Assembly: GCA_964195545.1 (NCBI GenBank)
Contig: CAXMQQ010000006.1
Location: 27,900 to 91,899, forward strand
Reading direction: 5' to 3'
Length of the DNA: 64,000 nt
DNA from: an uncultured Acidimicrobiia bacterium
GTDB taxonomy: Bacteria; Actinomycetota; Acidimicrobiia; Spongiisociales; UBA5794
Shown: positions 9,720 through 19,703 of the stretch, piece after piece
Position numbering within the stretch: the first letter of the stretch is position 1
Layout: each line of letters starts with the position of its first letter
Position numbers and translations under genes: made by a program
The notes under the pieces: model-generated
Database searches by the model: none
Seen by the model: only the letters and a program-made list of their open reading frames with translations
Told to the model about the DNA's origin: nothing

Positions 9720-10640
9720 TCACACCCCCAGGTGTTCGCGTGGATTTTCGGGAGCATCGTCGCGGAGAGCCTCGAGTAGTTCGCGTTGTTTGTCCGAAAG
9801 GTCGATCGGCACGTTGACGGTAATCGTGACGAGCAGGTCGCCGCTGCCGTTCGATGTTTCGACCCCTTTCCCGGACACCTTCATCGTCGTGCCGCCCTGT
9901 GTACCGGCGGGGACTCGGATCTTCGTGTCTCCGTCAAGTGTCGGAATCTGTATGACCGCTCCGAGCGCGGCCTCCGCGAACGTGACCGGCACGTTGATCG
10001 TGATGTCCCGCTTTCCGGCGCGTCCGAACACAGGATGCGCAGCGACGTGTACCCGGACGAAGAGATCACCGGCCGGACCACCGTTGGCCCCCGGCTCTCC
10101 CCTTCCTTTCAAACGGACTTTCGCTCCGTCGGCGATCCCCTGCGGCACTTTGACTTTGACAGTCCGACCATCAACACCGATCGTCTTCGTCGGTCCGGCG
10201 AGCGCCTCGTGGAATGTGAGAGAAACGTCGGTCTGGAGATCACGGCCGACCATCGGTCGTGGCTGCTGACGCCGTCCTCCTTGAGTCTGGCCAAAGAGAT
10301 CGCCGAGACCGCCGAAGAGGTCCTGGAAACCGCCCCCGCCGCCTCCGTCACCGAAGACATCCTCGACACGGACGTACTGCTGGTGGCCGCCTTGGTCGCC
10401 GACGAAGTAGCCCATTTCGCGAACGTGGTCGTACTCCTTGCGTTCCCCCTCGTCGGAGAGTGTGTCGTACGCTTCGTTGATCTCCTTGAACCGGGCCTCG
10501 GCGACAGCGTCGTCGGGGTTGTTGTCCGGATGGAACTCGCGTGCGAGCTTCCGGAATGCCTTCTTGATCCCCTTCTGAGAGGCATCCTTGGAGACGCCGA
10601 GCGTGGCGTAGTAGTCCTTCTCCAGCCACTCCTTACGCAT
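9720..10640 (-). CDS. dnaJ: J-domain co-chaperone (DnaJ/CbpA type II, no zinc finger)
   Basis: J domain with HPD (FHPDNNP), a G/F-rich linker and C-terminal substrate-binding domains. There is no Cys at all, so the CxxCxGxG zinc-finger region is absent. Confidence 0.9.
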   Translation of the reverse strand: MRKEWLEKDYYATLGVSKDASQKGIKKAFRKLAREFHPDNNPDDAVAEARFKEINEAYDTLSDEGERKEYDHVREMGYFVGDQGGHQQYVRVEDVFGDGGGGGGFQDLFGGLGDLFGQTQGGRRQQPRPMVGRDLQTDVSLTFHEALAGPTKTIGVDGRTVKVKVPQGIADGAKVRLKGRGEPGANGGPAGDLFVRVHVAAHPVFGRAGKRDITINVPVTFAEAALGAVIQIPTLDGDTKIRVPAGTQGGTTMKVSGKGVETSNGSGDLLVTITVNVPIDLSDKQRELLEALRDDAPENPREHLGV

Positions 10641-11322
10641 GCTGCACCGTGACCAACGAAGGGCGGATCACCCGCCCTCGCATGACATACCCGCGGCGCA
10701 GTTCGGAGCCGACGATCAGGTCGCCATTGCCCTCACCCGGACCGGACACTGCCTCGTGAACCTTCGGGTCGAATACCTCGCCCGTGGCAGGAATCGGCTC
10801 GAACCCCTCGCGAGCGAGTGTCTCCAGAAGCTGGCTTCTCGTTGAGAGCACGCCCTCGCGGATCTTCTCCTCAGAGGGGCTCTTCGGCTCGAAGGCCGTC
10901 GCCGCATCGAACGCGTCGAGTGTCGGGAGGAGCCCTTCGATCACGCGCTGCGAGGCCCGCTCAACGTTCTCAGCCTGATCGCGTTCGACGCGACGACGGA
11001 AATTGTCGAAATCGGCGGCGACGCGCTGGAGCATCTCAAGGTGCTCGCCGGACTCTTGCCGGGCTTCGCTCAACTCGCGAAGCAGCAGGTCCCGGGCCTC
11101 GATCGGGTCGTCGGGGAGTTCGAGCCCAAGCTCGTGTGCCGTCGGTACCGGCTCGGGCTCGGTCACAGCAAGATCCTGGAACTCGGCTGTCTCATGCGGA
11201 TCGGTCTGACTCCCTCCGTCAGCGGCTTCAGCGCTGCCACCTCCCCCCACGGGGGAGGAAGCGGCGGGTTCTAGCCGTGTGCTGTCGGCTGTCGCCTGTT
11301 GCCTCTCTTTATGACTCGTCAT
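10633..11322 (-). CDS. grpE: Nucleotide exchange factor GrpE
   Basis: GrpE core ([16 protein letters not shown] ... [15 protein letters not shown]). ATG at 11322 lies inside the last codons of dnaK. Confidence 0.9.
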   Translation of the reverse strand: MTSHKERQQATADSTRLEPAASSPVGGGGSAEAADGGSQTDPHETAEFQDLAVTEPEPVPTAHELGLELPDDPIEARDLLLRELSEARQESGEHLEMLQRVAADFDNFRRRVERDQAENVERASQRVIEGLLPTLDAFDAATAFEPKSPSEEKIREGVLSTRSQLLETLAREGFEPIPATGEVFDPKVHEAVSGPGEGNGDLIVGSELRRGYVMRGRVIRPSLVTVQHA

Positions 11323-13144
11323 CGTCCTCCACCACCTCGGCTTCGACGACCTCGTCGTCATCGGCGGGGGCCTCGTCGGCCGCCGCTGCGGCACTCTCTG
11401 CCGCGGACGCTGCGTAGATCTTCTCACCGAGGATCTGCGACCCGGTCAGGAGCTCATTCGTGGCGGTCTTCAACGCCTCAGCACCGGTGCTCTCATTGGC
11501 GAGCAGTGTCCGCAGTTCGGCGATCTTGTCGTCGAGGGGCTTGCGTTCATCATCGGTCAGCTTGTCGCCGTGCTCTGCGAGTTGTTTGTCGATCTGATAC
11601 ACCGTGTGATCGGCCTGGTTCCGAGCTTCCACTGTTTCCTTGCGCTCAGCGTCGTCCTTGGCGTGGGCCTCGGCGTCCTCGACCATTTGATTGATGTCAT
11701 CGTCGGACAACGCCGTACCACCGGTGATCGTCACCTGCTGCGTCTGTCCCGTTCCGAGATCCTTAGCGGACACCGAAACGATGCCGTTGGCGTCGATATC
11801 GAAGGTCACTTCGATCTGGGGAACCCCCCGAGGCGCCGAAGCGATACCGGGGAGCTTGAAACGTCCGAGGCTCTTGTTGTCGTTGGCCATCGTGCGCTCG
11901 CCCTGCAAGACGTGAATCTCGACCTCGGGCTGGCTGTCGGCTGCCGTGGTGAAGATCTCGGAGCGGCGCGTCGGAATCGTCGTGTTGCGCTCGATCATCT
12001 TCGTCGACATGCCGCCCTCGGTCTCAACACCGAGCGTCAGCGGTGTGACGTCGAGGAGCAGGATGCCCTTCACGTCACCGGTGAGCACGCCTGCCTGGAG
12101 CGAAGCGCCATCGGCGACGACCTCATCCGGGTTCACTCCCTTGTGGGGCTCTTTGCCGGCGAGCTCCTCGACGAGTTTCTGGACCGAAGGGGCTCGGGTC
12201 AATCCGCCGACGAGGATGACATCATCGATATCGTCCATCGTCAGGCCGGCATCCTTGAGCGCCTCTTCGAACGGTACCCGGGTGCGCTGCACGAGATCGT
12301 CCGTCATCTGCTCGAATTCTGAGCGAGTGAGCGTGCGAAGGAGGTGGATCGGTCCTTCGTTCGTCGCGGTGATGAACGGAAGGTTGATCTCCGTTTCCAT
12401 GACAGAGGACAGCTCGATCTTGGCCTTCTCGGCCGCTTCCTTGAGGCGCGTCATCGCCATTGCATCGTTGGAGAGATCGACACCGTTGTCACTCTTGAAT
12501 CCCTTGACGAGCCAATCGATGACCACGTCGTCCCAGTCGTCGCCGCCGAGATTCGTGTCGCCGTGCGTCGATTTGACCTCGAAGACGCCTTCGCCGATCT
12601 CGAGGACGGAGACATCGAATGTGCCGCCGCCGAGGTCGAAGACAAGGATGAGATGATCGTCGTCGCTCTTGTCGAGTCCGTATGCGAGAGCGGCCGCCGT
12701 CGGCTCGTTGATGATTCGGAGCACTTCGAGACCGGCGATTTGGCCAGCTTCCTTTGTGGCTTGGCGCTGGGCGTCACCGAAGTAGGCGGGGACGGTGATC
12801 ACGGCTTCCGTGACGGGCTCGCCCAGGAACGCCTCGGCGTCCCTCTTGAGCTTCATGAGGATGCGAGCTGCGATCTCCTGTGAGTTGTATTCCTTGCCGT
12901 CGACCTCGACACTCCAGTCGGTGCCCATCTGGCGCTTGACCGAGCGAACCGTGCGGTCCGGGTTCGTGATCGCCTGACGCTTGGCCTGGTCGCCGACGAG
13001 AACTTCACCGTTCTTGGCGAATGCCACGACCGAAGGGGTCGTGCGGTGTCCCTCTGCGTTGCTGATGATCTTGGGTTCTCCGCCCTCAAGAGTCGAAATG
13101 ACAGAGTTGGTGGTTCCGAGATCGATGCCAACGGTGCGTCCCAT
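11309..13144 (-). CDS. dnaK: Molecular chaperone DnaK (Hsp70)
   Basis: [17 protein letters not shown] and [10 protein letters not shown] motifs. Start [10 protein letters not shown] is preceded by GGAGCA. Confidence 0.97.
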   Translation of the reverse strand: MGRTVGIDLGTTNSVISTLEGGEPKIISNAEGHRTTPSVVAFAKNGEVLVGDQAKRQAITNPDRTVRSVKRQMGTDWSVEVDGKEYNSQEIAARILMKLKRDAEAFLGEPVTEAVITVPAYFGDAQRQATKEAGQIAGLEVLRIINEPTAAALAYGLDKSDDDHLILVFDLGGGTFDVSVLEIGEGVFEVKSTHGDTNLGGDDWDDVVIDWLVKGFKSDNGVDLSNDAMAMTRLKEAAEKAKIELSSVMETEINLPFITATNEGPIHLLRTLTRSEFEQMTDDLVQRTRVPFEEALKDAGLTMDDIDDVILVGGLTRAPSVQKLVEELAGKEPHKGVNPDEVVADGASLQAGVLTGDVKGILLLDVTPLTLGVETEGGMSTKMIERNTTIPTRRSEIFTTAADSQPEVEIHVLQGERTMANDNKSLGRFKLPGIASAPRGVPQIEVTFDIDANGIVSVSAKDLGTGQTQQVTITGGTALSDDDINQMVEDAEAHAKDDAERKETVEARNQADHTVYQIDKQLAEHGDKLTDDERKPLDDKIAELRTLLANESTGAEALKTATNELLTGSQILGEKIYAASAAESAAAAADEAPADDDEVVEAEVVEDDDES

Positions 13145-13274
13145 AGGGAGTGCTCCTTCGTGTCGTAGGCTCACTGCGGTGCGAGCCGTATGTTTGAGTC
13201 GTTACGAGTATCATAACCTGAGTCGAGGTATATCAATTCCCGGAATCTCCAGAAGATAGCCAGCCAGGGACATC

Positions 13275-13297
13275 CATATACCCCCATGGGGTATATG
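13275..13297. promoter_or_regulatory. CsoR-family operator palindrome
   Basis: CATATACCCC-CAT-GGGGTATATG: perfect 10-bp arms with a 3-bp spacer, ending 9 bp before the ATG at 13306. It has the ATACCCC..GGGGTAT architecture of CsoR/CstR operators. Confidence 0.6.
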
Positions 13298-13305
13298 CTC
13301 GGGTC

Positions 13306-13575
13306 ATGCAACTGGAAGAGACCGAGGTCCACGACATCCTGACGAGGCTGCGCCGCGTCGAGGGTCAGATTCGCGGAATCCAGGGAATGCTTGAAGAGGG
13401 GCGGGGTTGCTCCGACGTCATCACCCAGTTCTCTGCTTCGATGCGGGCGCTTGAACACGCCGGCTACAAGTACTTCGCTGCGACGATGACCATGTGTGCG
13501 ACCGACCCCGAACAGGCGGTGATCGAGGGCTACGACCCGGCACGACTAGAAAAACTGTTCATGCAACTCACGTGA
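13306..13575 (+). CDS. CsoR/RcnR-family repressor, CstR-like (x-C-x-C)
   Basis: 89-aa DUF156-type helical protein. Cys35 and Cys64 align with CsoR Cys36 and Cys65, but the His61-equivalent position is Thr. Confidence 0.85.
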   Translation: MQLEETEVHDILTRLRRVEGQIRGIQGMLEEGRGCSDVITQFSASMRALEHAGYKYFAATMTMCATDPEQAVIEGYDPARLEKLFMQLT

Positions 13576-13889
13576 TCAGGGATGAACCGGTTCCGGCCGT
13601 GCACCTCGTCCCTGCACGCGAATGGGAGACCTGGAGCACAACGAACGACGCTGTGATCATCGATGTGCGTGAGCCGTTCGAGTGGGCGATGGGAACGCTC
13701 CCCGACTCGTTGCTCATCAGACTCGGATCACTCCCCGACAAGCTCGACAAGTTGGACCACGCTCGCTCCATCCTCCTCGTCTGCCGATCAGGGAATCGGT
13801 CGGGAGTGGCAGCCGAGTACCTGGTCCGCCGCGGGTTCGGCGTCGTGGCAAATCTCACCGGAGGACTCGTCGATCTTGGAATGGCATGA
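13572..13889 (+). CDS. Single-domain rhodanese sulfurtransferase (cytoplasmic)
   Basis: Active-site loop CRSGNRS. GTGA overlap with the repressor stop. Confidence 0.85.
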   Translation: MIRDEPVPAVHLVPAREWETWSTTNDAVIIDVREPFEWAMGTLPDSLLIRLGSLPDKLDKLDHARSILLVCRSGNRSGVAAEYLVRRGFGVVANLTGGLVDLGMA

Positions 13890-13929
13890 CCCTCCGGTGC
13901 GCCGGTGAACAAGAAGGAGACACAACACG

Positions 13930-14343
13930 ATGAAGCCAGCAATGATCCGAGCCCTGACAGTACTGATCCTTGCCCTCTCGGTCCTTGTGGCCGCGTGCTC
14001 GTCGGACACGACGTCGCAGAGCATCGAGTTGGTGTCTCCTGCGGAGGCAGCCCAAGTGATCGCCGACAACCCGGCGGGCCTCGTCGTCCTCGACATCCGC
14101 ACTCCAGACGAATTCACACAGGCCCGTCTCGCCGATGCGGATCTAGTCGACTTCTATGAAGACGACTTCGCAGCCCAACTCGACACACTCGACAAGGACG
14201 TGCCGTACGTGATGTACTGCAACAGCGGCAACAGGTCTTCCGAGGCCGTGAAGACGATGGAGGACCTTGGGTTCGTCGAGGTGTACGAAATCGACGGTGG
14301 GATCGTGAACTGGTATGACCAGGGCTACCCGATCGAGAGCTGA
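13930..14343 (+). CDS. Rhodanese-domain lipoprotein (exported)
   Basis: Signal peptide plus lipobox (LSVLVAAC) and active-site loop CNSGNRS. Confidence 0.85.
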   Translation: MKPAMIRALTVLILALSVLVAACSSDTTSQSIELVSPAEAAQVIADNPAGLVVLDIRTPDEFTQARLADADLVDFYEDDFAAQLDTLDKDVPYVMYCNSGNRSSEAVKTMEDLGFVEVYEIDGGIVNWYDQGYPIES

Positions 14344-14346
14344 CGG

Positions 14347-15021
14347 CTACTCGATCAGGTCGGTCTGTCTGGATTCAAAGACCGAGAAGTGCTCGAGGTA
14401 CGGTGTCGGGTCGCCCGTCCAGTCGAAAGCAGCGATCTGACTGATGCTGCGGCGCCCGAAGAGCGCTCGGGCAATATCGAATGCATCACCGCTAACCGTG
14501 ACAACTGGCTGGCCGGCGCCGATGCTGCGATCGTATCCGTCGGTGTGCAAATGAAGGGCAGGCAGATCCGCCCCTTCGAGTTTTGGGCCGATCGCGTTCG
14601 CCGCGCGCAGACACAGCCGGAGCCCTTCTCCGTTACGTCGTCCGGGTGACTGGAGAGCACCGTAGACGTCGTGCTCATGCATCCACGCGTCCATAACCGT
14701 CGCCGACATCGATGGACCGACCTCGCCGAGAATCGTCTCGACCCGCGAACCGCATTCCGACCACTCCTCCGCTATGTCGGCGACGGTATGTCCCTTCCGT
14801 TCGTCGACCTGACGCTGGGTCCAGGCATCCGACACTGCGCCATCCATCCGTCCTGTGACGATGTCCGACGCGACACCGGCCACATGAGCGATGACGTCGT
14901 GGACGGTCCACAACGGCGTTGCGGGAACCAGTGTTTGCAGCGTCTCTCTGTCCAGTTCGACGACGAATGAGCTGAACCGCTCGCGAGTAGATCGGTAGAT
15001 CGCAGAGAAGTCGAAACTCAC
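14347..15021 (-). CDS. Mycothiol-dependent maleylpyruvate isomerase / DinB-like family protein
   Basis: N-terminal W.VHDVIAHV motif of the TIGR03083-type DinB fold. GTG at 15021 forms a GTGA overlap with the upstream stop. Confidence 0.8.
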   Translation of the reverse strand: MSFDFSAIYRSTRERFSSFVVELDRETLQTLVPATPLWTVHDVIAHVAGVASDIVTGRMDGAVSDAWTQRQVDERKGHTVADIAEEWSECGSRVETILGEVGPSMSATVMDAWMHEHDVYGALQSPGRRNGEGLRLCLRAANAIGPKLEGADLPALHLHTDGYDRSIGAGQPVVTVSGDAFDIARALFGRRSISQIAAFDWTGDPTPYLEHFSVFESRQTDLIE

Positions 15022-15902
15022 GACCCTTCCAGCCACTCTCTGACTACCGACGTGAACAGGTCGGATGCTTCGAGCATCGGTACGTGCCCGACGCTCTCCA
15101 TCTCGACGTATGTCCAACAGGGTCGCTCGGATGCCGCCCATCTCGCAGAGTCGACCGATACCAGTCGATCCTCCGCTCCGTGGATGAGCAATGTTGGGGC
15201 ACCGACCCGATGGATGAGCTTCCGGTAGCGACGGGGGCGCAATACATAGCGGGCGATCGATCGATCGGCTTCGAGGAACGCCGGTATCACCCAATCCTGC
15301 CCGCGCCTGCGCCGGTTGGCCTCTGTGAGCCGTTGCTTCGCGAGATCTGACACGGTTGACGGATCGGCGGTGATCATCCGCAGCGTCTCGGTGGTCTCCT
15401 CCTCCGGTGAGTGCGCAGCCCGATAGGCCTTGAAGACCGACACACCTATCCCTGGAACAAGCGGACCGAGCAGCTTTGTCAGGACCTCGAGATCTGGCGG
15501 ATGTCTCCGGCTCACCGGAAGGGCGGGGTTCACGAGGACGACTCGCTCAACGCGGTCGGCGTGCTCTGCGGCGGCGATGATGGAAATGAGCCCACCCATC
15601 GAGTTGCCGATCAATGTGCCACTCTCGTATCCCAGGAGTTGGATGACTTCGGCGACGAGCTGTGCGTTCTCTTCAACGCTTGGTTTGCGGTCCAAAGGTT
15701 CGGAGTCGCCGAAACCGACGAGGTCGACTGCCACGGCGTGGCCCAAATCTGCGAGATCGGGGCCGACGACGTCCCAGTTCTCAGTCGAGCCGCCGAGACC
15801 GTGAATGAGGAGAATGAGTGATCCTTCTCCCCCGTAGTCCGTGATTCGGACCGGTCCCCCGATGTCGAGCAGCGTGTCGTCCACAGGCCCAACGGTACCC
15901 AT
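15018..15902 (-). CDS. Alpha/beta hydrolase
   Basis: HGLGGS oxyanion region and nucleophile elbow GNSMGG. ATG at 15902 follows the upstream stop directly. Confidence 0.85.
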   Translation of the reverse strand: MGTVGPVDDTLLDIGGPVRITDYGGEGSLILLIHGLGGSTENWDVVGPDLADLGHAVAVDLVGFGDSEPLDRKPSVEENAQLVAEVIQLLGYESGTLIGNSMGGLISIIAAAEHADRVERVVLVNPALPVSRRHPPDLEVLTKLLGPLVPGIGVSVFKAYRAAHSPEEETTETLRMITADPSTVSDLAKQRLTEANRRRRGQDWVIPAFLEADRSIARYVLRPRRYRKLIHRVGAPTLLIHGAEDRLVSVDSARWAASERPCWTYVEMESVGHVPMLEASDLFTSVVREWLEGS

Positions 15903-15903
15903 T

Positions 15904-16839
15904 TCAGGCTTCCAGGCCATCGAGGAGCTCGCTGCGATAGGCGTCGTCGCCAACCCCCTGGATGTAGAACCTGGTGATGCCGAGGGCTTCCAACTCGGCG
16001 AAGCGCTCCCGGAGTTGGGCATAGGTTCCCATCGGTGCGAGTCGCTGTCGACGCCTGAAGTGTTCTGCCAGTTCTTCCGTCGTCACACCGTTGGCCGCCG
16101 CGACGACACCGAGGCGATGCTCGAGATCCGACTCAGTCTCACCGCCAATGATCTGGCCGACGCTCGAAAGCATCAGAGCGTCCGGATCGCGACCGGCTGC
16201 CGCTGCTGCCGCTCGCGCTCGTTCGATCCGGATGGCAAGTTCGTCTCCAAGAGAGACGTTGAACTCGTCTGCGTACGTCCCCGCCAGACGGGGTGTCTTC
16301 AATGCGCCGCTGCCTCCGACGAGGAGCTTCACATCACCGGTTGGCCGAGGTGAGATCGGGAACGCCTCGAGGGCGAAGTGCTCGCCCGAAAAGCCCACCA
16401 GCTCGTCGGAGAGTGCGGCGCGGGTGTATGCGAGCGCTTCCTCGAGCATGGCGTATCGCTCCGCCATCGGGGGGTAGTCGAATCCGAAGACTTCGTGTTC
16501 GCGATCCATCCAACCCGTACCGATTCCGAGTGTGAATCGTCCCCCGGACATTCGATCGATCGTGATTGCCGTCTTCACGAGAACAGCCGGATGCCTGAAC
16601 GTGATCGGGGAGACCAGGACAACGAGTTCGATGTTGCGTGTGTCGCGAGCCAGGCCGGCGAGTTGGATCAGGGCGTCGGATGCCGGTGTGGTCTTGGCCT
16701 TCTCTTCGTCGAGCGTCATGAGGTAGTGATCGGGAAGCGCGATCGCCGCAAGATCGCGGCCTTCGGAAAACCGAGCCACGTCGAGTACGTCCTCGTAGAC
16801 GCCGACGGTTTGAAATGCGAACTCCATATGATGTCCCAT
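15904..16839 (-). CDS. LLM-class (luciferase-like) flavin/F420-dependent oxidoreductase
   Basis: TIM-barrel LLM pattern (GGRFTLGIGTGW, ... LLVGGSG). Confidence 0.85.
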   Translation of the reverse strand: MGHHMEFAFQTVGVYEDVLDVARFSEGRDLAAIALPDHYLMTLDEEKAKTTPASDALIQLAGLARDTRNIELVVLVSPITFRHPAVLVKTAITIDRMSGGRFTLGIGTGWMDREHEVFGFDYPPMAERYAMLEEALAYTRAALSDELVGFSGEHFALEAFPISPRPTGDVKLLVGGSGALKTPRLAGTYADEFNVSLGDELAIRIERARAAAAAAGRDPDALMLSSVGQIIGGETESDLEHRLGVVAAANGVTTEELAEHFRRRQRLAPMGTYAQLRERFAELEALGITRFYIQGVGDDAYRSELLDGLEA

Positions 16840-17082
16840 CGGTTCCTGCTCCGCCTGCTGAGCTGATGGTACGGAGTTGGGGAGTTGACCGCTCCGTCGT
16901 GCAGCAACCCGTGATCTGCTCCGAACGCGAAAGAGCCGACGAGTCCCTGAAAGACCGCCGGCTCTCTCGGCGACCGGTCAGCCCCGGACGGTTGCGTCGT
17001 TGACGTTCCTGAGGAGAAACTGGCTCCCGCCGGCGCCACAACGGAACCTACGCGCCGGCACGGTGTGATGGAAGGTGCAGAT

Positions 17083-17637
17083 CTACCGGCGGCATTGGGC
17101 GACGGCGAAATTCGCATGCCTTGCGAAATCGAACGACCGGTCGAGTACCCATCGGAAAGCCAGCCCGTCGAGGGCGCCAAGCAGCACTTCGGCTTTCTCG
17201 GTCGTTTCGCCAGAGATGGACGCATCGGTCTCGCGCTCCAACGCATCGGCGAATCGCTCGACCCGTCGGACGTGATGCCGGAGGAACCGCCTCGCAACTG
17301 AGTCGTCGCTGCTGCTCGAGACGGCGATCTGTAGGTAAACGCGAGCGAGATTGGACTGGTCGGTGACGAAGCGAATGTAGGCGTCGACGAGGTCGTCGAG
17401 TGTCTCGGTCCCGGAGGCTTCCGGGTCGGGGTCAACGGCCTGGATCGCCTCCTTGGTGACCTGCATGATCGCCTGTTCCTTGGAGGTGAATATGTTGTAG
17501 AACGAACCTGCTTGCACACCTGCTCGATCGCAGATGGCTTTGAGGGTGACCGCATCGAGTCCGCCTTCGGCCAGCAACTCGCGGGTCGCTTCGAGGATCT
17601 TCGTTTCGGTTCTGATGCCGACCTGGTAGCGGGCCAT
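17083..17637 (-). CDS. TetR family transcriptional regulator
   Basis: TetR HTH (TLKAICDRAGVQAGSFYNIFTSKE). Divergent from an acyl-CoA dehydrogenase gene. Confidence 0.9.
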   Translation of the reverse strand: MARYQVGIRTETKILEATRELLAEGGLDAVTLKAICDRAGVQAGSFYNIFTSKEQAIMQVTKEAIQAVDPDPEASGTETLDDLVDAYIRFVTDQSNLARVYLQIAVSSSSDDSVARRFLRHHVRRVERFADALERETDASISGETTEKAEVLLGALDGLAFRWVLDRSFDFARHANFAVAQCRR

Positions 17638-17672
17638 CCTCGACCTCCCTCGAAGCCAAGCATACTTCGATC

Positions 17673-17707
17673 TTGAGTGGACACTCCAAAATGGAGTGTA
17701 TACTCAA
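17673..17707. promoter_or_regulatory. Candidate TetR operator (35-bp imperfect palindrome)
   Basis: TTGAGTGGACACTCCA-AAA-TGGAGTGTATACTCAA. 14 of 16 arm positions are complementary. Lies in the 150-bp divergent tetR/fadE intergenic region. Confidence 0.55.
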
Positions 17708-17787
17708 AAAGTCGGACGACCGGTGGTCCGCCCTCGGGTTCGTTCGCCGCCAGGAACACGATGACGATACCAGCCGGGGAGTGAGCA

Positions 17788-19590
17788 ATGAGCCACTACA
17801 AGAGCAACCTTCGGGATCTGCAGTTCAACCTATTTGAGGCATACGGAGTCGATGAGTATCTCGGCACCGGACCGTTCGAGGACATCGACCACGACACTGC
17901 CATGGACATGCTGCGGGAAGTCAATCGACTTGCGACCGAGGATTTCGCCGAGAGCTTCGTTGAGGCCGATCGCACGAAGCTCAAGCTCGTCGATGGCAAC
18001 GTTGAATTGCCGCCCGGAGTCAAGAAGAGCCTGGATGCGCTCCACGACGGCGGTTGGCATCTCGTCGGCGTTCCTCAGAGCCTTGGTGGCTTCGGCGCCC
18101 CCGAGACGCTCCGCTGGGCAGGCGGGGAGCTGTTCGCTGGTGCCAACGCAGCGATCTACCTCTACGCGATCGGCGGCTTGATGGCCAGAGGCATCCATGC
18201 GGTCGGCACCCCCGAACAGGGCGAACGATTCGCGGTTCCAATGGTGGAGCGCAACTGGGGAGCCACGATGGTTCTCACCGAGGCCGATGCCGGTTCCGAC
18301 GTCGGGGCCGGGATCGCTAAGGCCATCCACGTCGAAGGCGACAGGTGGCACATCGAAGGTGTGAAGCGTTTCATCACATCCGGCGAGAACGACTACTACG
18401 AGAACATTATCCATCTGGTGCTGGCCAGGCGCCCCGGTGCTGAGCCAGGGACGAAGGGGCTCTCGATGTTCATCGTCCCGAAGTTCCACGTCAACGAGGA
18501 CGGGTCGCTCGGTGAGCGCAACGGTGTCTACGCGACGAACCTCGAAGACAAGATGGGGATTCGCGGATCAACGACCTGCGAGCTGTCCTTCGGCATCGAA
18601 GAGCCAGCGGTCGGGTATCTCGTCGGTGACGTTCACGACGGCATCCGACAGATGTTCCTGGTCATCGAGGATGCCCGGATGTCGATCGGTGTCAAGGCGG
18701 CAGCGACGCTGTCGACCGGATATCTGAACGCACTCGAGTACGCCCAGGAACGCGTCCAGTCTGCCGACCTCACGGAGAGCCGCAACAAGACGGCGCCCCG
18801 AGTGGCGATCATCAACCACCCTGCCGTTCGCCGGATGCTGATGACTCAGAAGGTTCATGCCGAGGGGATGCGAGCCTTGGCGATGTATGCCGCATGGTTG
18901 CTCGACATGGCTCACCTCCATCCGGAGGAGGAGCAGTGGGCGAAGCTCAGCGACCTGATGCTCCCGATGGTGAAGGGGTACTCCTCGGAGAAGGCGTACG
19001 AGCTGCTGGCGCAGTCGCTGCAGGTCATGGGGGGTTCCGGCTACACCCGCGACTACCCGATCGAGCAGTACATCCGTGACGCCAAGATCGACACGATCTA
19101 CGAGGGCACAACCGCGATCCAGGGTCTCGATCTCTTCTTCAGGAAGATCGCCAAAGACCAGGGCGCGACCCTCATGATGCTCGGCCAGAGCATCCTCGAG
19201 ACGATCAAGGGCGGTTCCGACGAGATGGCCGTCGAGCGCGAACTGCTCGGCAAGGCGCTCGAAGACGTCCAGAACCACGTTGGGGCCCTCGTCGGATACT
19301 CGATGGGTGCCATGCAAGATCCGCCGCAGATCTACAAGACGGGTCTGCACACCACGCCCCTGCTCGAGAGCCTCGCTGAGGTGATCATTGGTTGGCTGTT
19401 GATCCGCCACGCTGATGTCGCTCTCGAGGCGTTGCCCGATGCCAGCGACGCGGATCGGGCCTTCTACGAAGGCAAGGTCGCATCGGCCCGGTACTTCGCG
19501 AAGACGGTGCTGCCGAAGGCGGCGGGTCGGCGCGCACTTGCCGAGACCGAGGACGGTGGGCTCATGGATCTGCCGGTCGAGTCGTTCTAG
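17788..19590 (+). CDS. fadE: Large acyl-CoA dehydrogenase (FadE5-like)
   Basis: About 600 aa with an ACAD N-terminal extension, a TEADAGSD motif and YEGTTAIQ. Paralog of 59200..60978. Confidence 0.92.
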   Translation: MSHYKSNLRDLQFNLFEAYGVDEYLGTGPFEDIDHDTAMDMLREVNRLATEDFAESFVEADRTKLKLVDGNVELPPGVKKSLDALHDGGWHLVGVPQSLGGFGAPETLRWAGGELFAGANAAIYLYAIGGLMARGIHAVGTPEQGERFAVPMVERNWGATMVLTEADAGSDVGAGIAKAIHVEGDRWHIEGVKRFITSGENDYYENIIHLVLARRPGAEPGTKGLSMFIVPKFHVNEDGSLGERNGVYATNLEDKMGIRGSTTCELSFGIEEPAVGYLVGDVHDGIRQMFLVIEDARMSIGVKAAATLSTGYLNALEYAQERVQSADLTESRNKTAPRVAIINHPAVRRMLMTQKVHAEGMRALAMYAAWLLDMAHLHPEEEQWAKLSDLMLPMVKGYSSEKAYELLAQSLQVMGGSGYTRDYPIEQYIRDAKIDTIYEGTTAIQGLDLFFRKIAKDQGATLMMLGQSILETIKGGSDEMAVERELLGKALEDVQNHVGALVGYSMGAMQDPPQIYKTGLHTTPLLESLAEVIIGWLLIRHADVALEALPDASDADRAFYEGKVASARYFAKTVLPKAAGRRALAETEDGGLMDLPVESF

Positions 19591-19703
19591 GCTTCACTGT
19601 TCGTCTCTGAGGTCGGCTACACTCAACATGGAGACGACGGGCTCCGAGTGACCGACCGGGCTGTTCAGCGCCGCGTCGAACCGTATCAATCGAAAGGGCT
19701 TCA

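Noticed and set aside
13145-13270. A search for a canonical HspR HAIR (CTTGAGT-N7-ACTCAAG) or HrcA CIRCE element upstream of dnaK.
   Set aside because: I found only direct half-sites (TTGAGTC, CTGAGTC) and a weak inverted match. A GAGTGCTCC string near the start codon lacks the CIRCE partner arm. This is not good enough to call as a feature.
19591-19703. A possible riboswitch or leader upstream of the PLD-N/SHOCT membrane protein gene (local stems CGTCTC/GAGACG and GGTCGG/CCGACC).
   Set aside because: The stems are short. I recognise no known riboswitch core, and I have nothing to test covariation with.
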